A DNA stretch of 63,875 bases, the filler included, from Octopus bimaculoides (taxonomy: Eukaryota): assembly GCF_001194135.2 (NCBI RefSeq). It is 7 parts of 6 records of this genome, joined end to end, with 100 filler letters (N's around TTAATTAATTAA, not from the genome) between each part and the next. Parts side by side here need not be neighbours in the genome. Positions count along the whole stretch, not along the records: positions 11,768 to 20,324 come from NC_068997.1; positions 20,425 to 31,013 come from NC_068986.1; 5 more parts are not named here. The stretch is one strand, 5' to 3'. This document shows, piece after piece, positions 11,668-24,120 of this stretch. Below the pieces are notes generated by a model. The model ran no database searches, was not told the DNA's origin, and saw nothing but the letters and a program-made list of their open reading frames with translations. Both the position numbers and the translations under genes were made by a program. Position 1 is the first letter of the stretch. Each line of letters opens with the position of its first letter.

Positions 11668-11767
11668 NNNNNNNNNNNNNNNNNNNNNNNNNNNNNNNNN
11701 NNNNNNNNNNNTTAATTAATTAANNNNNNNNNNNNNNNNNNNNNNNNNNNNNNNNNNNNNNNNNNNN
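11668..11767. other. Artificial 100-bp scaffolding spacer (44 N + TTAATTAATTAA + 44 N); also centred at 20369, 31058, 45245, 60865 and 62818
   Basis: Identical 12-mer embedded in N runs six times; it places stops in all six frames. Confidence 0.95.
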
Positions 11768-11799
11768 ACACACACACACGCACACGCACACACACACAG

Positions 11800-11842
<43 letters not shown>

Positions 11843-12356
11843 CACACCGATGGACACGTACATAAACCAAGCTAGTATCTATAGTATTTAGTATAAAGCA
11901 AACTACTTCTCTATATACACTCTGATCTATAGTGGCTGCTATAGCCACGGGATCGAGCCTTTTTCCTTCCCTTTGATCTGTCGGCCTACATCAAAAGGGG
12001 AAATAGGAATATAACTTATTTTCCTAAAGAAGTTGATGCCTCCAGCAATGAGTGAGAGAAGGTGGAGCGGGTGATGCAGGCGGTCAGCTTGGTAAAACGT
12101 CCAAAGCGAAGCTGCGCGTGTGTCGCTCGCTATATGGCTTTTCTCCCTCCTCCGACTGATGTGAAAATCACGCTAAACTCTATGAAGATAAAACGACGAC
12201 AACAACAACAAGAATAAGGAAATAAACACAGACAAAACAGAAATGAATGAATAAATAAAATAAAAAGTCTTTAGCTAGACAGACACTTCAGAGCGGGATG
12301 TTGTAAACTAGACAGTGGCATTTTTTATTACACGCAAGCGGTATCTATAAAGCTTA

Positions 12357-12375
12357 CTTACATACATACATACAC

Positions 12376-12452
<77 letters not shown>

Positions 12453-12560
12453 TACATACATACACACACACACACATACACACACACACACATACACACA
12501 CACACACGTATATATACATACATACATACATACGTACACATATATACATTTGTACGTACA
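12357..12560. repeat. (CA)n/(CATA)n microsatellite
   Basis: Direct reading. Confidence 0.95.
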
Positions 12561-13639
12561 TTCACCCCTTACAAGTACATGCATACATACATACACACTC
12601 ACACACACACACACACATATATACATAATGAAATGAAAAATGTATGTATGTATATGGTGTTGGTAGGCAGAAGGGTGGTGGTGGTGAGTACCAAGTCCAA
12701 TTCTCATAGTCGAAGAGAAGTCTGCAATAAAACTTGTAAAGAACCTATAACGTTTAAAATCACGAAAACCGCCTTTAATTTCTAACCAGCAACAACACCG
12801 AGAAAAAAATAAATAAATGCCGAATAAAGAAAGACAGAAGCTAATAGCACCATCAACAGCAGTACTAATCAAATCAATAATAGCAACAGCAGCAATAACA
12901 AAAACAGCGTAAACAGTAACATTATGGCTATATCATTTAACAACACCACTGGTCGTTTTCCTCTTCAACTGTGTCGCACCAAATCATTGCCACTGATAAA
13001 CACGCAGTTAATATTCTGTCATAAGGTAAGAACGTGTTATTTGTTCTGATTAATTTTGTTTAATCTCTTGGCTTATAATGTATAGCTTTTATAATTACAT
13101 TTACACATACACATGCACGAACCCAGGCGCACATATATAGAGGCTTATGCATGTAAAGTGATGAACATAAACACACACACGACCCAACCGGTGGTGGACG
13201 GAATCTCTGGCTTATATTTTTGAATTAGCAACTGAGTCTCTCTCAAATATCACCTTATGATCTTAAGAAAATGATTGATGCATTAATTAGATAATGTAGT
13301 CTTTTGATACTTAGTGTCTAGTAAAAAAAACAAAAACAAATAAAAATAAAAATGAATGCTTTAGATTAAAAGTTAGTTCATCCAGTGTTAAAATGGGGGT
13401 TAAGCAATTACGATAACCATAACAGCGGCAGGCAACATCAACCACAAAATCTACAGAAACGTGCTTATTTTCAAATTCTTTAAAAACAGCAACATTAATA
13501 ACTACAAAAAACAAACAAAAACGTTAATAATGTGTCAGCTAAGTGAAAAACAAGTAGCTTTACTAGGGTCGAAGAAACCCGTCATCATTCCTTGTCCACG
13601 GGCAATAGAAATTTCGATGGAGGGGATTAAGCGAAATTA

Positions 13640-13800
13640 TCGGTAGTTGAATGTACGCAAATTTTATCTGATCCAAAAGACAAAGGCAAAGTTTAGCCGC
13701 AGCGGAATTTGAAATCTGAACGTAAAGATCCGCAGCAAATACCGCAAGGCATTTTGTCCGACACGTTTATGATTCTGCCAATCCACCGTCCCAAAACTTG
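13640..13800 (-). mobile_element. SINE family C fragment
   Basis: AAAGGCAAAGTTTAGCCGCAGCGGAATTTGAA...TAAGGCATTTTGTCCG...GATTCTGCCA-type sequence, the reverse complement of the family head. Confidence 0.55.
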
Positions 13801-13930
13801 TGTAAATTGCAAATATTTCTTTATCGTTTATTTGTGTCAGACAATTATATTGTGGTCATTCTGGGGCAGTGATTTGGGGAATTTTTAACTGAAATAATTA
13901 ACCTCAGTGATTTTATTTTAATTTTGATAC

Positions 13931-14195
13931 TTATTGTATCGACCTCTTCCGTCGAACCACGAGGTTACAGGAACGTAAACAAACCAATACCGGAATTAAT
14001 GCACAAACACAGATACAAAGGCACCCACCCTACCTCCGTAGACGGGTGTCTACACAGTTTCTGTTTACCAAATCCACGTACAAGGTCTTGTCAGTCCGGG
14101 TCTAGAAACTACTTGTTCAAAGTGCCTCGCAATGAAACTGAACCCGAAACTGCGTGGTTGCAAACCTAGGGTCTTAATTACACAGCCAATGCTTA
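13931..14195 (-). mobile_element. SINE family A, diverged
   Basis: CAGTTTCTGTTTACCAAATCCAC...ACTGAACCCGAAACTGCGTGG...ACACAGCC. Confidence 0.65.
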
Positions 14196-14232
14196 CGATT
14201 AATATACATACATATATATGTATGTATATATC

Positions 14233-14279
<47 letters not shown>

Positions 14280-15381
14280 ATGTGCAAAAGTAAAGATATG
14301 TCTCCACTCATTCTAAATGTACTTCGATCTCGACTTTGGCACGGAGTGTTCCGTGAGCTTTCGGAATTGCTGTCACGAATAAACTGGAATATTTTTTTGG
14401 TTTTTCTTTTTGTTTTGCTATTTTGCAGATACTCAATATTCTGTAACACCCGTAATACGTAACAAAAGAAAAAAAATTCAAGCATCGCTGTTCTTCAAAC
14501 TTCTTAACCGTTTCACTGCTATTCATAATCTGCGAAGGTTTCCAGTGCTAGTACATGGTCATCCTATGCACAAGAAACACCAGTCAAATCACAAATTCAT
14601 ATCATCGTCTCCTTAACATCTTGAAGATAAGAAGGGTGAACTGTGACATTAGGGAATTTAATTTTACACACACACACAAACTCACATGAACACATACACA
14701 CACGCACAAATACATAAGCACGTATACACCCACATTCACATAAATACACAAAAACAAATGAACACACACATGCATACACAAATAAACACATAAGTACACA
14801 CACATACTATGAATGGCATGTTTTTGATCAGCGATAGGCCTTTTCGATCAGACCTGAGATTGATCAAAATAACAATAAAAGCACTCACACATACACATAC
14901 ATAGAGAAGAAACTCAATATATTAAAAGTTGCCAGAGGTCCTACAAATCACTTCCTACCATCACATTGAATGGTGGTCAGGGTTGGATTGTCTGTGATCA
15001 AAAGTTTGCTCGATTAGCACTGGCTCAGTTTAAACGAATTATAACAAATAATCATAAATGCACAATTCATTAAGCCATCACTTTCGAAAATTACAAACTG
15101 TAACAAAAAGAAAACAGAAAAAAGGTGAGCTTTCGAAGTTTGTACCTATAATATGGTTGAGGAAATGAAACAAACAGCACTAGTTGAATGTAAACTGCAA
15201 ACAAGTGATCCTTAATATTTGCTAAACATCGTGAATAATCGATGATAAAGACAAGTGGTAAACTGCGCTTGATTTACATTTTAATGTGGTTTTTGTTTTT
15301 GATTATTCAACTGAAGGTTTTCACCGCAGAAGATGGGAAGTAAAAAACAAAAATAAGTATGAGCGAAGGCGCGCGAGCACA

Positions 15382-15423
<42 letters not shown>

Positions 15424-15659
15424 TATGCATAATGCATATGTGTGCACATGTAAACAGACGATAATAAGCTGTGCCAACCTTTCACATTCACACAGGGCAG
15501 GGTCATTCCGTCACATTATATGCACAAGCTTCGAAAGAACATCTAGAAAAAAAAAAATACTTCATTTAAAAAATAAAATTGATTTGTTATTTCCGTTTAT
15601 TGATGCATAATCTAGGCTGAAGTCCAAATGTGTGCTTTCATTAATTTATATAGCTTCAT

Positions 15660-15905
15660 AAATGTTTCGAATTTGAAGCGGCGTGTTGGCCACTTCGTTA
15701 ATACGCCGGGCATAACGCATCTTGCATTTCACCCGTCTATACGTTCTGAGTTCAATTTCTACAGAGGGGCTACTTTGACTTTTATTCTTTCGAGGTCGAT
15801 AAAATAAGTATTGCAGTCGATCTAATCGATCACTTCCTCCTCCGAACTTGCTGGTTTGGTACCCAAACTTGAAAGCAATAATTTTTTTTCGAAAACCTAT
15901 TGCAA
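15660..15905 (-). mobile_element. SINE family C
   Basis: Contains ACGTTCTGAGTTCAATTTC...CTTTCGAGGTCGATAAAATAAGTA family motifs. Diverged; orientation assignment less certain than family assignment. Confidence 0.5.
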
Positions 15906-15984
15906 ATTTCCCAGTTCTGCACATTTATATTTGTTGGAAATAATCACTCTACATGTAAAAATAAGACATTTTAACTATTTATAT

Positions 15985-17122
15985 CCACATTTCTGACTGT
16001 TTACGTTCCGACACCAAATCCCGACGAAGTCAGCTTTACTAGTAAACGTTTCGAGCTCGATAAAAAGAATGTAACTCTCACTTGAGATTGATTGTACAGG
16101 CTTATCATTTCCCCTCAAAACCGCTAGTCATATTTTCCTAGCCTAAATCAGAAACCAATGTTTATATCTACACTTCTGGCTCTTTGTCTTCTGAATTCAA
16201 ATGTTGCCGAGGTCAAATTCACTTTTCATCACATTTAAGTTTGTTAAAGTAAATTACTAGTCAAGTGCTGCGGTTGATGGTGTGCACTAGTGCCCTCTCC
16301 TCAAAATCGCAGATCTTCTGACTAAATAAGAAGCAATAACTACATCCATACTAAAGTAGCAAGCTAGAAGACTCGGTAGCACGTCGGGCGAAATGCTTAG
16401 CGGTATTTCGTTTGTCTTTTCGTCCAAATTCCGCCAGGGTCGACTTTGCTTTTCATCCTTTTAGGGTCGATAAATTAAGTACCAGTTGCGTACTGGGTCG
16501 ATCTAATCGACTGGCCCCCTCCCCCCAAATTTCGGGCCTTGTATTTGGAGTGGAAAAGAATCGTTAGCACGTCGGACGAAATGCTTAGCAACATTTCATC
16601 CGTCTGCACGTACTGAGTTCAAATTCCGTCAAGGTCGTCTCTGCTTTTCATCATTGCGGAGTTGATAAAAAAAAAGTATCAGTTGAACACTGGGATCAAT
16701 GTAATCGACAGGCCCCTCCCCAAAATTGCTGACCTTGTGCCACAATTTGAAATCACTATTTGCATCCATACTTAGGTCGGAGAAGAGTTAGAATTGTTGG
16801 CATGCAGGNNNNNNNNNNNNNNNNNNNNNNNNNNNNNNNNNNNNNNNNNNNNNNNNNNNNNNNNNNNNNNNNNNNNNNNNNNNNNNNNNNNNNNNNNNNN
16901 NNNNNNNNNNNNNNNNNNNNNNNNNNNNNNNNNNNNNNNNNNNNNNNNNNNNNNNNNNNNNNNNNNNNNNNNNNNNNNNNNNNNNNNNNNNNNNNNNNNN
17001 NNNNNNNNNNNNNNNNNNNNNNNNNNNNNNNNNNNNNNTGGGGTGGGGTGGGGTGGGGGTCAATGTAATCGATTTACTCCACCTTGCAATTGCTGGCCTT
17101 GTGTCAAAATCTGAAGTCAATA
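15985..17122 (+). mobile_element. Tandem cluster of at least 5 SINE family C copies
   Basis: Repeated GAGTTCAAATT...GGTCGACTTTGCxTTTCATC...GATxTAATCGAC units at about 15985, 16150, 16362, 16557 and (partial, after the gap) 17050. Confidence 0.85.
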
Positions 17123-17224
17123 TCATACTGTTTTTCGATCAGACTGATCTGTCATACTAATGAATGCGTACAAAGTACAAGACAGGATTCGAGCTGGGAA
17201 CTTTTATTTTAGAACTATCACTGG

Positions 17225-17640
17225 CATATTAACTTTATTTTGGAATTATATTTACATTATTTACATTTGACGGATATTTGTTCTCATCTTCTTTGTTATT
17301 AACACAACGTTTCGGCTGATATACCCTCCAGCCTTCATCAGCTGTTTTGGGGTAGATTTCAAACCTGGGTTCTCATTCCTAAGGTATTTTGTGATATTAT
17401 TATCTTTTTTCTCTCTTATTATTATTTCATGTTTGACTTTTGTTTTGCATTTGTACAGAGACCTCACAGACCTCAAGAGACAACAAGTTAGAAGTTCATG
17501 TAGGTGTTATGCCTAGGATACCATATATTTGGATTTGTACATAGTGTTGTACTAGAGAATGTTTAAGAAACCATAAGAAAATTATGTTTGTTTTAAAATT
17601 TGAAAACGCATAGACAGTATTTTACGTAGAATATGGGCAG
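17225..17640 (-). mobile_element. PLE-type pseudo-LTR fragment carrying a hammerhead
   Basis: Contains the 17302-17345 hammerhead and ends at a (TAT)n tract. Boundaries approximate. Confidence 0.45.
17302..17345 (-). ncRNA. Hammerhead ribozyme motif (PLE type, one helix I mismatch)
   Basis: Minus strand ACAG-CTGATGA-A-GGCTG(10 nt)CAGCC-GAAAC-GTT-GTGT, with the AACGTT palindrome as helix III. Confidence 0.65.
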
Positions 17641-17644
17641 TTCC

Positions 17645-17646
<2 letters not shown>

Positions 17647-17699
<53 letters not shown>

Positions 17700-17796
17700 C
17701 TGATAATAATAAAAATAATGTCGCCAAACCTCAAGATAAAATACCGGCTAAATTAGCATGCACTAGCGAAAGAATAATAATAATAATAATAATAAC

Positions 17797-17848
<52 letters not shown>
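17647..17848. repeat. (TAT)n and (AAT)n tracts in opposite orientation
   Basis: (TAT)n at 17647-17697 and (AAT)n at 17772-17848. Confidence 0.95.
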
Positions 17849-17858
17849 NNNNNNNNNN

Positions 17859-17894
<36 letters not shown>

Positions 17895-18149
17895 CATACA
17901 TTTCTCTCTTTATCTATCCATATCTATACAATCTCTCTCTTTCTCTCTCACCCCACTCTCTCTCATCCTCTTCTTCTGTCTACCTCTCTATCCCCACTCT
18001 ACATTTATTTGACGTGCCGGTCAGTGCAGAATTCCTTTGATGTCCACGCCTCACAGGAAAAAACTGTTCCAATAAAACTAACCCATATCCTGCTAGTGTA
18101 TTATATAGCAACCTACACTCACTTCAAGATATTTCATCCAGATAACCAT

Positions 18150-18235
18150 AAACATCATCATCATCATCACCATCACCATCACCACTACGGTCATCACAAA
18201 CACGATCAACATCATCATAATCATCATCATCATCG

Positions 18236-18283
<48 letters not shown>

Positions 18284-18300
18284 ATTACTACTACTTCTAC
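18150..18300. repeat. (CAT)n microsatellite
   Basis: Direct reading. Confidence 0.95.
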
Positions 18301-18404
18301 AATGGTGATTTTTGACATTACCAGGTCATACATATGTCGGCGTGGTTGCGGGATGGGATGAGGGCGACTGAATATTGCAGTGTGTTGTCTCGACATTAGT
18401 ACTT

Positions 18405-19050
18405 AAAAGGTAGCATTTTATCGATCCCGGTTGAAGATGAAAGACTAAAAACGATCCCGGTGGTATTTGAACCAAAAACTTCAAGGAAACTAACTTAATG
18501 CTTTAGACGTTATTTTTGTTCCCTATATTGGTTTTTACCAGCCATATTGTCAATATTGGATGAAGGCCTGAAATTTAGGACAGAGACTTAGTCAATTTAG
18601 TGGATTAAATCGACTCCAATATTTAAGTGGCGCTTCATTTTATTGACACCGGAGAGATGAAAGACAAGGCTGACATCTGTGGGATTTGAACTCAGCGCTT
18701 ACAGAGTAGAAAAAAATACTGCAACACGTTTTATTCGACGCTCTAACGCAGTGGCCCTCAACTGGGCTACCTATGACATTTGGAAATTCATATAAGATTT
18801 TGTTAAAATTTATCTTCGAAAAATTGGTTATACTTTTACAATACCCAACAATTTGTGATTTCAAATTTTGGCACAAGGCCAACAATTTCAAAGGTGGGGT
18901 AAGTCGATTACATCGACCCCAATTTCAACTGGTAGTTCATTTTTTCGACAGGATGAAAGGCAAAGTCGATCTCAGAAGAAATTTGAACTCAGAACGTAAA
19001 GAAGGACAAAATGCCGCTAGCATTGCGCCTGGTGTGCTAACAATTTTGCC
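18405..19050 (-). mobile_element. Three SINE family C copies, minus strand
   Basis: ATGAAAGxCAAAGTCGA...ATTTGAACTCAG motifs at about 18430-18480, 18655-18700 and 18950-18995. Confidence 0.75.
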
Positions 19051-19084
19051 TTACAATACTCAACATATTTTAACCATTGCACAA

Positions 19085-19232
19085 GGGTGGTTGTGTGGTA
19101 AGAAGTTTGTCTCCGAACCACAGGGTTCTGGGTTCAGTCTCTTTGTGTGACATCATGGGCAAATGTTTGCTACATAACCTCGAGCCGACCAAAGCGTTGT
19201 GAATGGATTTCGGAGACAGAAACTGACCGTTG
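19085..19232 (+). mobile_element. SINE family A, 5' half
   Basis: GTGTGGTAAGAAG...GGGTTCAGTC...GCCGACCAAAGC...GAAACTGA. Confidence 0.7.
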
Positions 19233-19303
<71 letters not shown>

Positions 19304-20124
19304 TTCGTACTAATACCAAATAGTAAAACCAAAGATGTTGGTCATCCTGCTGCTTTACAGTGATCTCGAAATGTCACAGGGATATGAAATTCTCCAAATG
19401 TGATACTCTGTGATATAAATCTGAGATGGTAAGATACCAATAAATGTTTTATTATTACTGCTGTCTTCTGGTTTGGGCCGTAGGCCCAATTGGCCCTCCA
19501 CAGGAGCTAACTTAAAAGTCCGGCTTTTAAGCTAGTATTATATAAAAGTTGATTTATAAAATTAACATGCTTAAATAAAAATGACAGGATAATTAAATAC
19601 ATCTCTACCAAATATTAGACCATAGCCCAGTTGAAGGCATTGTAGCATTAAAGACATAATACACATGATTTCAGGTATATCTCGTCCAACCCAGAATAAG
19701 TCGACAGATTTGCATTTTTTAATAAACAAGATCTTTTGAGATGCTTCTCTGAGACGAAATGTTACAGCGAATGTCATTCAAATTTAAATATATTTTATTA
19801 ATGTTATACACACCGCTATTTTAATCTAAACCTGTTTTAAATGTGTATATAAAACTGATTTTATACTGGCCATTTCTTGCGTGAGTCAATGGAAGTTTTG
19901 TTTCAATGTTGGTGAGATGTCGTTATATAAAAAGATGAAAGACAATTCATAGGATATTGGTGCCGGATTGCGTTGGTAACAAAGCGTTTTTATTAATATA
20001 AAAGAACTATTGTTCAACTTGGTATGACGTCATAGCAAAGTTTCCGAGGTTTGTAAGACCTCTACAGAGAGAAAATTTCGGTGCTATCTTTCTGAAAGAA
20101 CCTGTTCGTTCCTTTCAAACAATT

Positions 20125-20300
20125 CTGTAAATTCACACGATGGGCCAGTTCTTTTATTTTATCGACCCTAAAAGACAAAAAAAAAAAAATTAAAATAATA
20201 AGTTGATCTCTGAAGGTTTTTAACCCAGGCCGCTGAGAACTAAAAAATACTGCGCGGTATTTTATCATATCCTCAAAAGATTCAACTAATTCGCCGCTGA
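20125..20300 (-). mobile_element. SINE family C, diverged
   Basis: TTATCGACCCTAAAAGA...AAGTTGATCTC...GATTCAACTAATTCGCCGC. Confidence 0.55.
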
Positions 20301-20424
20301 TTTTTTTCTTCCATGCTCTCTGACNNNNNNNNNNNNNNNNNNNNNNNNNNNNNNNNNNNNNNNNNNNNTTAATTAATTAANNNNNNNNNNNNNNNNNNNN
20401 NNNNNNNNNNNNNNNNNNNNNNNN

Positions 20425-20490
<66 letters not shown>

Positions 20491-20572
20491 GTATGTAAAT
20501 ATCTGTGTGTCTGTGTGTTTGTCTGTCTATGTTTGTGTGTGTATGTGTGTGTTCGTGTCTGTGTAAGAGTAT

Positions 20573-20700
20573 GTTTGTGGTAATAGTGTTGCCTTCAAGA
20601 TCGCAAGATCGTGTTTTTGATCCCAGACAGGCTGAACATTGTGTACTTGAGCGAAACACTTCATTTCACATTTTTCCACTTTACTCAGTTGCATGCATGC
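20573..20700 (+). mobile_element. tRNA-SINE head/core fragment (B-like)
   Basis: TTGATCCC...GTGTACTTGAGCGAAACACTTCATTTCAC. Confidence 0.55.
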
Positions 20701-20771
20701 ACACATACACACACACTTACATACATGCATACATACATACATACATACATACATACATACATACATACATA

Positions 20772-20805
<34 letters not shown>

Positions 20806-20853
20806 TAAAAAGAATTAAAGTAGATTCCACGGGCAGCCTGGGTAATAGCACAC

Positions 20854-20986
20854 CCTTCTTCTTCTTCTTCTTCTTCTTCTTCTTCTTCTTCTTCTTCTTC
20901 TTCTTCTTCTTCTTCTTCTTCTTCTTCTTCTTCTTCTTCTTCTTCTTCTTCTTCTTCTTCTTCTTCTTCTTCTTCTTCTTCTTCTT

Positions 20987-21017
<31 letters not shown>

Positions 21018-21034
21018 TTCTTCTTCTTCTTCAC
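20854..21034. repeat. Long near-perfect (CTT)n
   Basis: About 60 units, with one TTA interruption. Confidence 0.97.
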
Positions 21035-21293
21035 CTTCTCCTTCCTCGACTGCTGCTGCTTAAACCATCAAGCTTCAGAACCAAATATATCTTTGCACCT
21101 AAAAACACAAGTTTTCAGATCTGCTACTGCCTACCTTACCAGCCATCACAAAGGAAAAGAGATACAGAGAGACAGAAAAAAATGAAAATGTCCTATCTAT
21201 TTGACGGCAATGGAAATATCTAAAAAAGCATTTCAATCTTTTATTTAATTTAATTGTTTTTCGTCTTAATTAATACCCACCCTTGTTTTGCTC

Positions 21294-21331
21294 TTAGTTG
21301 AAAAAGTCGAAAAGACAGAAACCGGTACTAA
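21294..21331 (+). ncRNA. Degenerate hammerhead-like motif
   Basis: TTAG-TTGAAAAA-GTC(gaaaa)GAC-A-GAAA-CCGG-TA-CTAA. Helices and GUA triplet are present but the core is non-canonical. Confidence 0.45.
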
Positions 21332-21394
21332 CCGCTATAAAATGTATTTCAGAATAAAATTTGTTTAGCATTTTCTACCTTGTCTTATTTTCAT

Positions 21395-21432
<38 letters not shown>

Positions 21433-22220
21433 AGCTTAGATGCGTGGATTACTGGTTGGGGGTGTCAGACTCATGATACTAAGATAGTAAGACAACATTT
21501 GCAATTCCTGCACGGGCGATGAAGAGTATCCTTAATCAAAGCAATTCATTTCTCGTTTCTCCAGCCCACTCAGCTAACAAGTAAGAGTATTCCTGCATCC
21601 TGTCTAGTGGAGAGTATATACGCCAGAGAATCCAGAAAACAGGCGCTATGAGTCTAGATAACTTAGGAAGAAGCTTTATCCTTAAATACGAACATACATA
21701 TACATATAGCTTTTTGTCTGCGTTTATATATATGTTTTTTAGCAGTTGAGGCAGTTTCTGTTAAAATTTTGTCTCTTAGAAAATAACTGGAAACTAAATA
21801 TTTTGCTACAATATGACCAAAAGAAGCAGAAATCAACCACTTGAAATAAATGCAAATGTAAAGATGGCTTTGTAATATAATAAAGACATCCTGCACGTAA
21901 CATGACGTTAAAGGCAGTGAGTAAGGCAACGTCTTGTCTGACACGCATTATTCGAATCAAAATTAAAGCAGACACTCCCTTTAAATTGAATTATTGGCGA
22001 CTCAGATTTTTTATTGTTATACATTGCAAGACTATAGCTTAGCCGTGCGAATCATAAAAATATGACAGGTGTTTAAATGACCATTTACGCAATTGCTATA
22101 TAACATTTATATAACAATATTTCAGTGGAAGCAACAATCCTAGTACTGAACCATGCATAAATTTATAAATTACGTGTATATATACATTTGCGCGCTCACG
22201 CGTCAGCGTGTGTATAAGCA

Positions 22221-22279
<59 letters not shown>

Positions 22280-22511
22280 NNNNNNNNNNNNNNNNNNNNN
22301 NNNNNNNNNNNNNNNNNNNNNNNNNNNNNNNNNNNNNNNNNNNNNNNNNNNNNNNNNNNNNNNNNNNNNNNNNNNNNNNNNNNNNNNNNNNNNNNNNNNN
22401 NNNNNNNNNNNNNNNNNNNNNNNNNNNNNNNNNNNNNNNNNNNNNNNNNNNNNNNNNNNNNNNNNNNNNNNNNNNNNNNNNNNNNNNNNNNNNNNNNNNN
22501 NNNNNNNNNNN

Positions 22512-22572
<61 letters not shown>

Positions 22573-22635
22573 CGCGCGTGCGTGTGACCGTATGTGAGGT
22601 GGACATGCGCGGAAAGGTGTAGTTATAGCAGCCAG

Positions 22636-24120
22636 CTAGCTCCCTGTAACTCTTGCGTTGTTGATATTTGGTTTTCTTTGGTGAATGAGAATGCCTTCAG
22701 AAATTCTAAGGCTGCTTCTGTTCCGCTGTGTTGCCCTGATGTGCACTGTGAATTCCCGGGTCTGGCATTTCCTTAGATGTTTCTTCACGGAAGTGTCTGC
22801 TTGCATGTGTTCCTTTATGCGTATATGCAGTTTTCTTGTTGTACCTCCTATGTAGGATGCGCCACATTTGCCACAAATGATCTCGTAGACAAAATAGGTC
22901 CTTTGGCACAATTCAGGGTCATTGATGGGGCAGTTCGATAATGTGTACTCCTCGGAGTAGTGAGAAATGCTGTTCTTGGACAGAGCATTTCTCGGGGAAG
23001 CACTATCTGTATTTCGAGTCCTTCCCTGCAGACTGCGTGTTGTATTACTGCAGTAGTTCTGTCGTCGAAACGTGGTAGCTTTATGAAGCATGTGCCGAAC
23101 TTGGGTGTATGATGGTTCTTCCGAGGTTTATTGACCCTGATGTTTTTTAAGTGCCGTTGTTTGGCTAAAGATGGTGGGTAGCCGTTCGGGGTTAGGTCTC
23201 TAAGGAACTGTTTGGTGTTGCTGCAATTGTTGTTTATACGTGCAATCTCGTTTCTCACGTATGCAGCTTTGGCTCTGGTGGGTAAGGCTGATTGGTAGTG
23301 GACGAAAAGTTTTCTGCTAGAGACTGTTCTGTAGAAGTTGGTAAATATGGAGCCTTCCTCTGTGATCCTGAGTTGAAAGTCGAGTAGAGAGAGGGTTTCA
23401 GATTCGTCTGGATGTTCAATGTCGAATTTTATGTTTATGTCGATGTTATTGAAGGTTCGCAGTATGTTAATGGCCTCATCTCTGGAGGACGTGATGATAA
23501 GGATGTCATCAACGTACCTACAGAAGATGCATGAGCGCCAGGTGTTGTGTGCTGTACGTTCTAGCTTAGCCACGAACATGATGGCCAGCAGGCGTGATAG
23601 GCTAGATCTCATAGGTAGGCCGGAAATCAGTAAATCACACCGTTATATTGGAAATAGGTGTTACTAACTATAATGGTTANNNNNNNNNNNNNNNNNNNNN
23701 NNNNNNGAAGATGCATGAGCGCCAGGTGTTGTGTGCTGTACGTTCTAGCTTAGCCACGTACATGAAGGCCAGCAGGCGTGATAGGCTAGATCTCATAGGT
23801 AGGCCGGAAACCAGTAAATCACACCGTTATATTGGAAATAGGTGTTACTAACTATAATGGTTAGTAACTCTCGTATGTTCGAGGGTGAGAGGCTGAAGCC
23901 TAGCTAGTTTGGTCTAGGCTCAAACAATCCATACTTAACATATTAGATAAACGCCCTTCTCTATCGTGCAACCTTACTAAATCCCAACTCCTGACCTTGC
24001 AAAACTTAAGAAAGAAAAACCTCATCTACTTACCTGCAGACAAAGTGAAAGAATTCTGCATCATTGACAAACCCACCTACAACAAACTAGCTATCGGACA
24101 CATCAGTGACACCATTACAT
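22636..24120 (-). mobile_element. Penelope-like element (RT + GIY-YIG) with inverted 5' segment
   Basis: Minus strand: NTYFQYNGVIY..GLPM, CRYVDDILII, LSLLDFQLRI, HYQSALP, then after a frameshift VYEIICGKCGASYIGGTTRKLHIRIKEH...EGILIHQRKPNIN. Plus strand 23937-24122 encodes the upstream NLTKSQLLTLQNL...LPADK...HISD region. The 3' end abuts (TG)n. Confidence 0.9.

Noticed and set aside
11143-11715. His-rich, Met-rich and Ser-rich ORFs (also 8962-9516, 18009-18396, 28996-29337)
   Set aside because: These are translations of (CAT)n/(AAT)n microsatellites, open in several frames, with no splice or codon evidence.
11712-11723. Recurrent TTAATTAATTAA motif (six times) that looks like a conserved element and ends several ORFs in ...LIN
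   Set aside because: It is always centred in 44+44 N, so it is an artificial six-frame-stop scaffolding spacer and not genomic sequence.
20505-21185. Poly-Phe / poly-Lys ORFs
   Set aside because: Translations of the (CTT)n tract.
23707-23860. Tandem duplication of PLE RT segment 23523-23669
   Set aside because: It flanks a 27-N gap, so an overlapping contig end is more likely than a real duplication.
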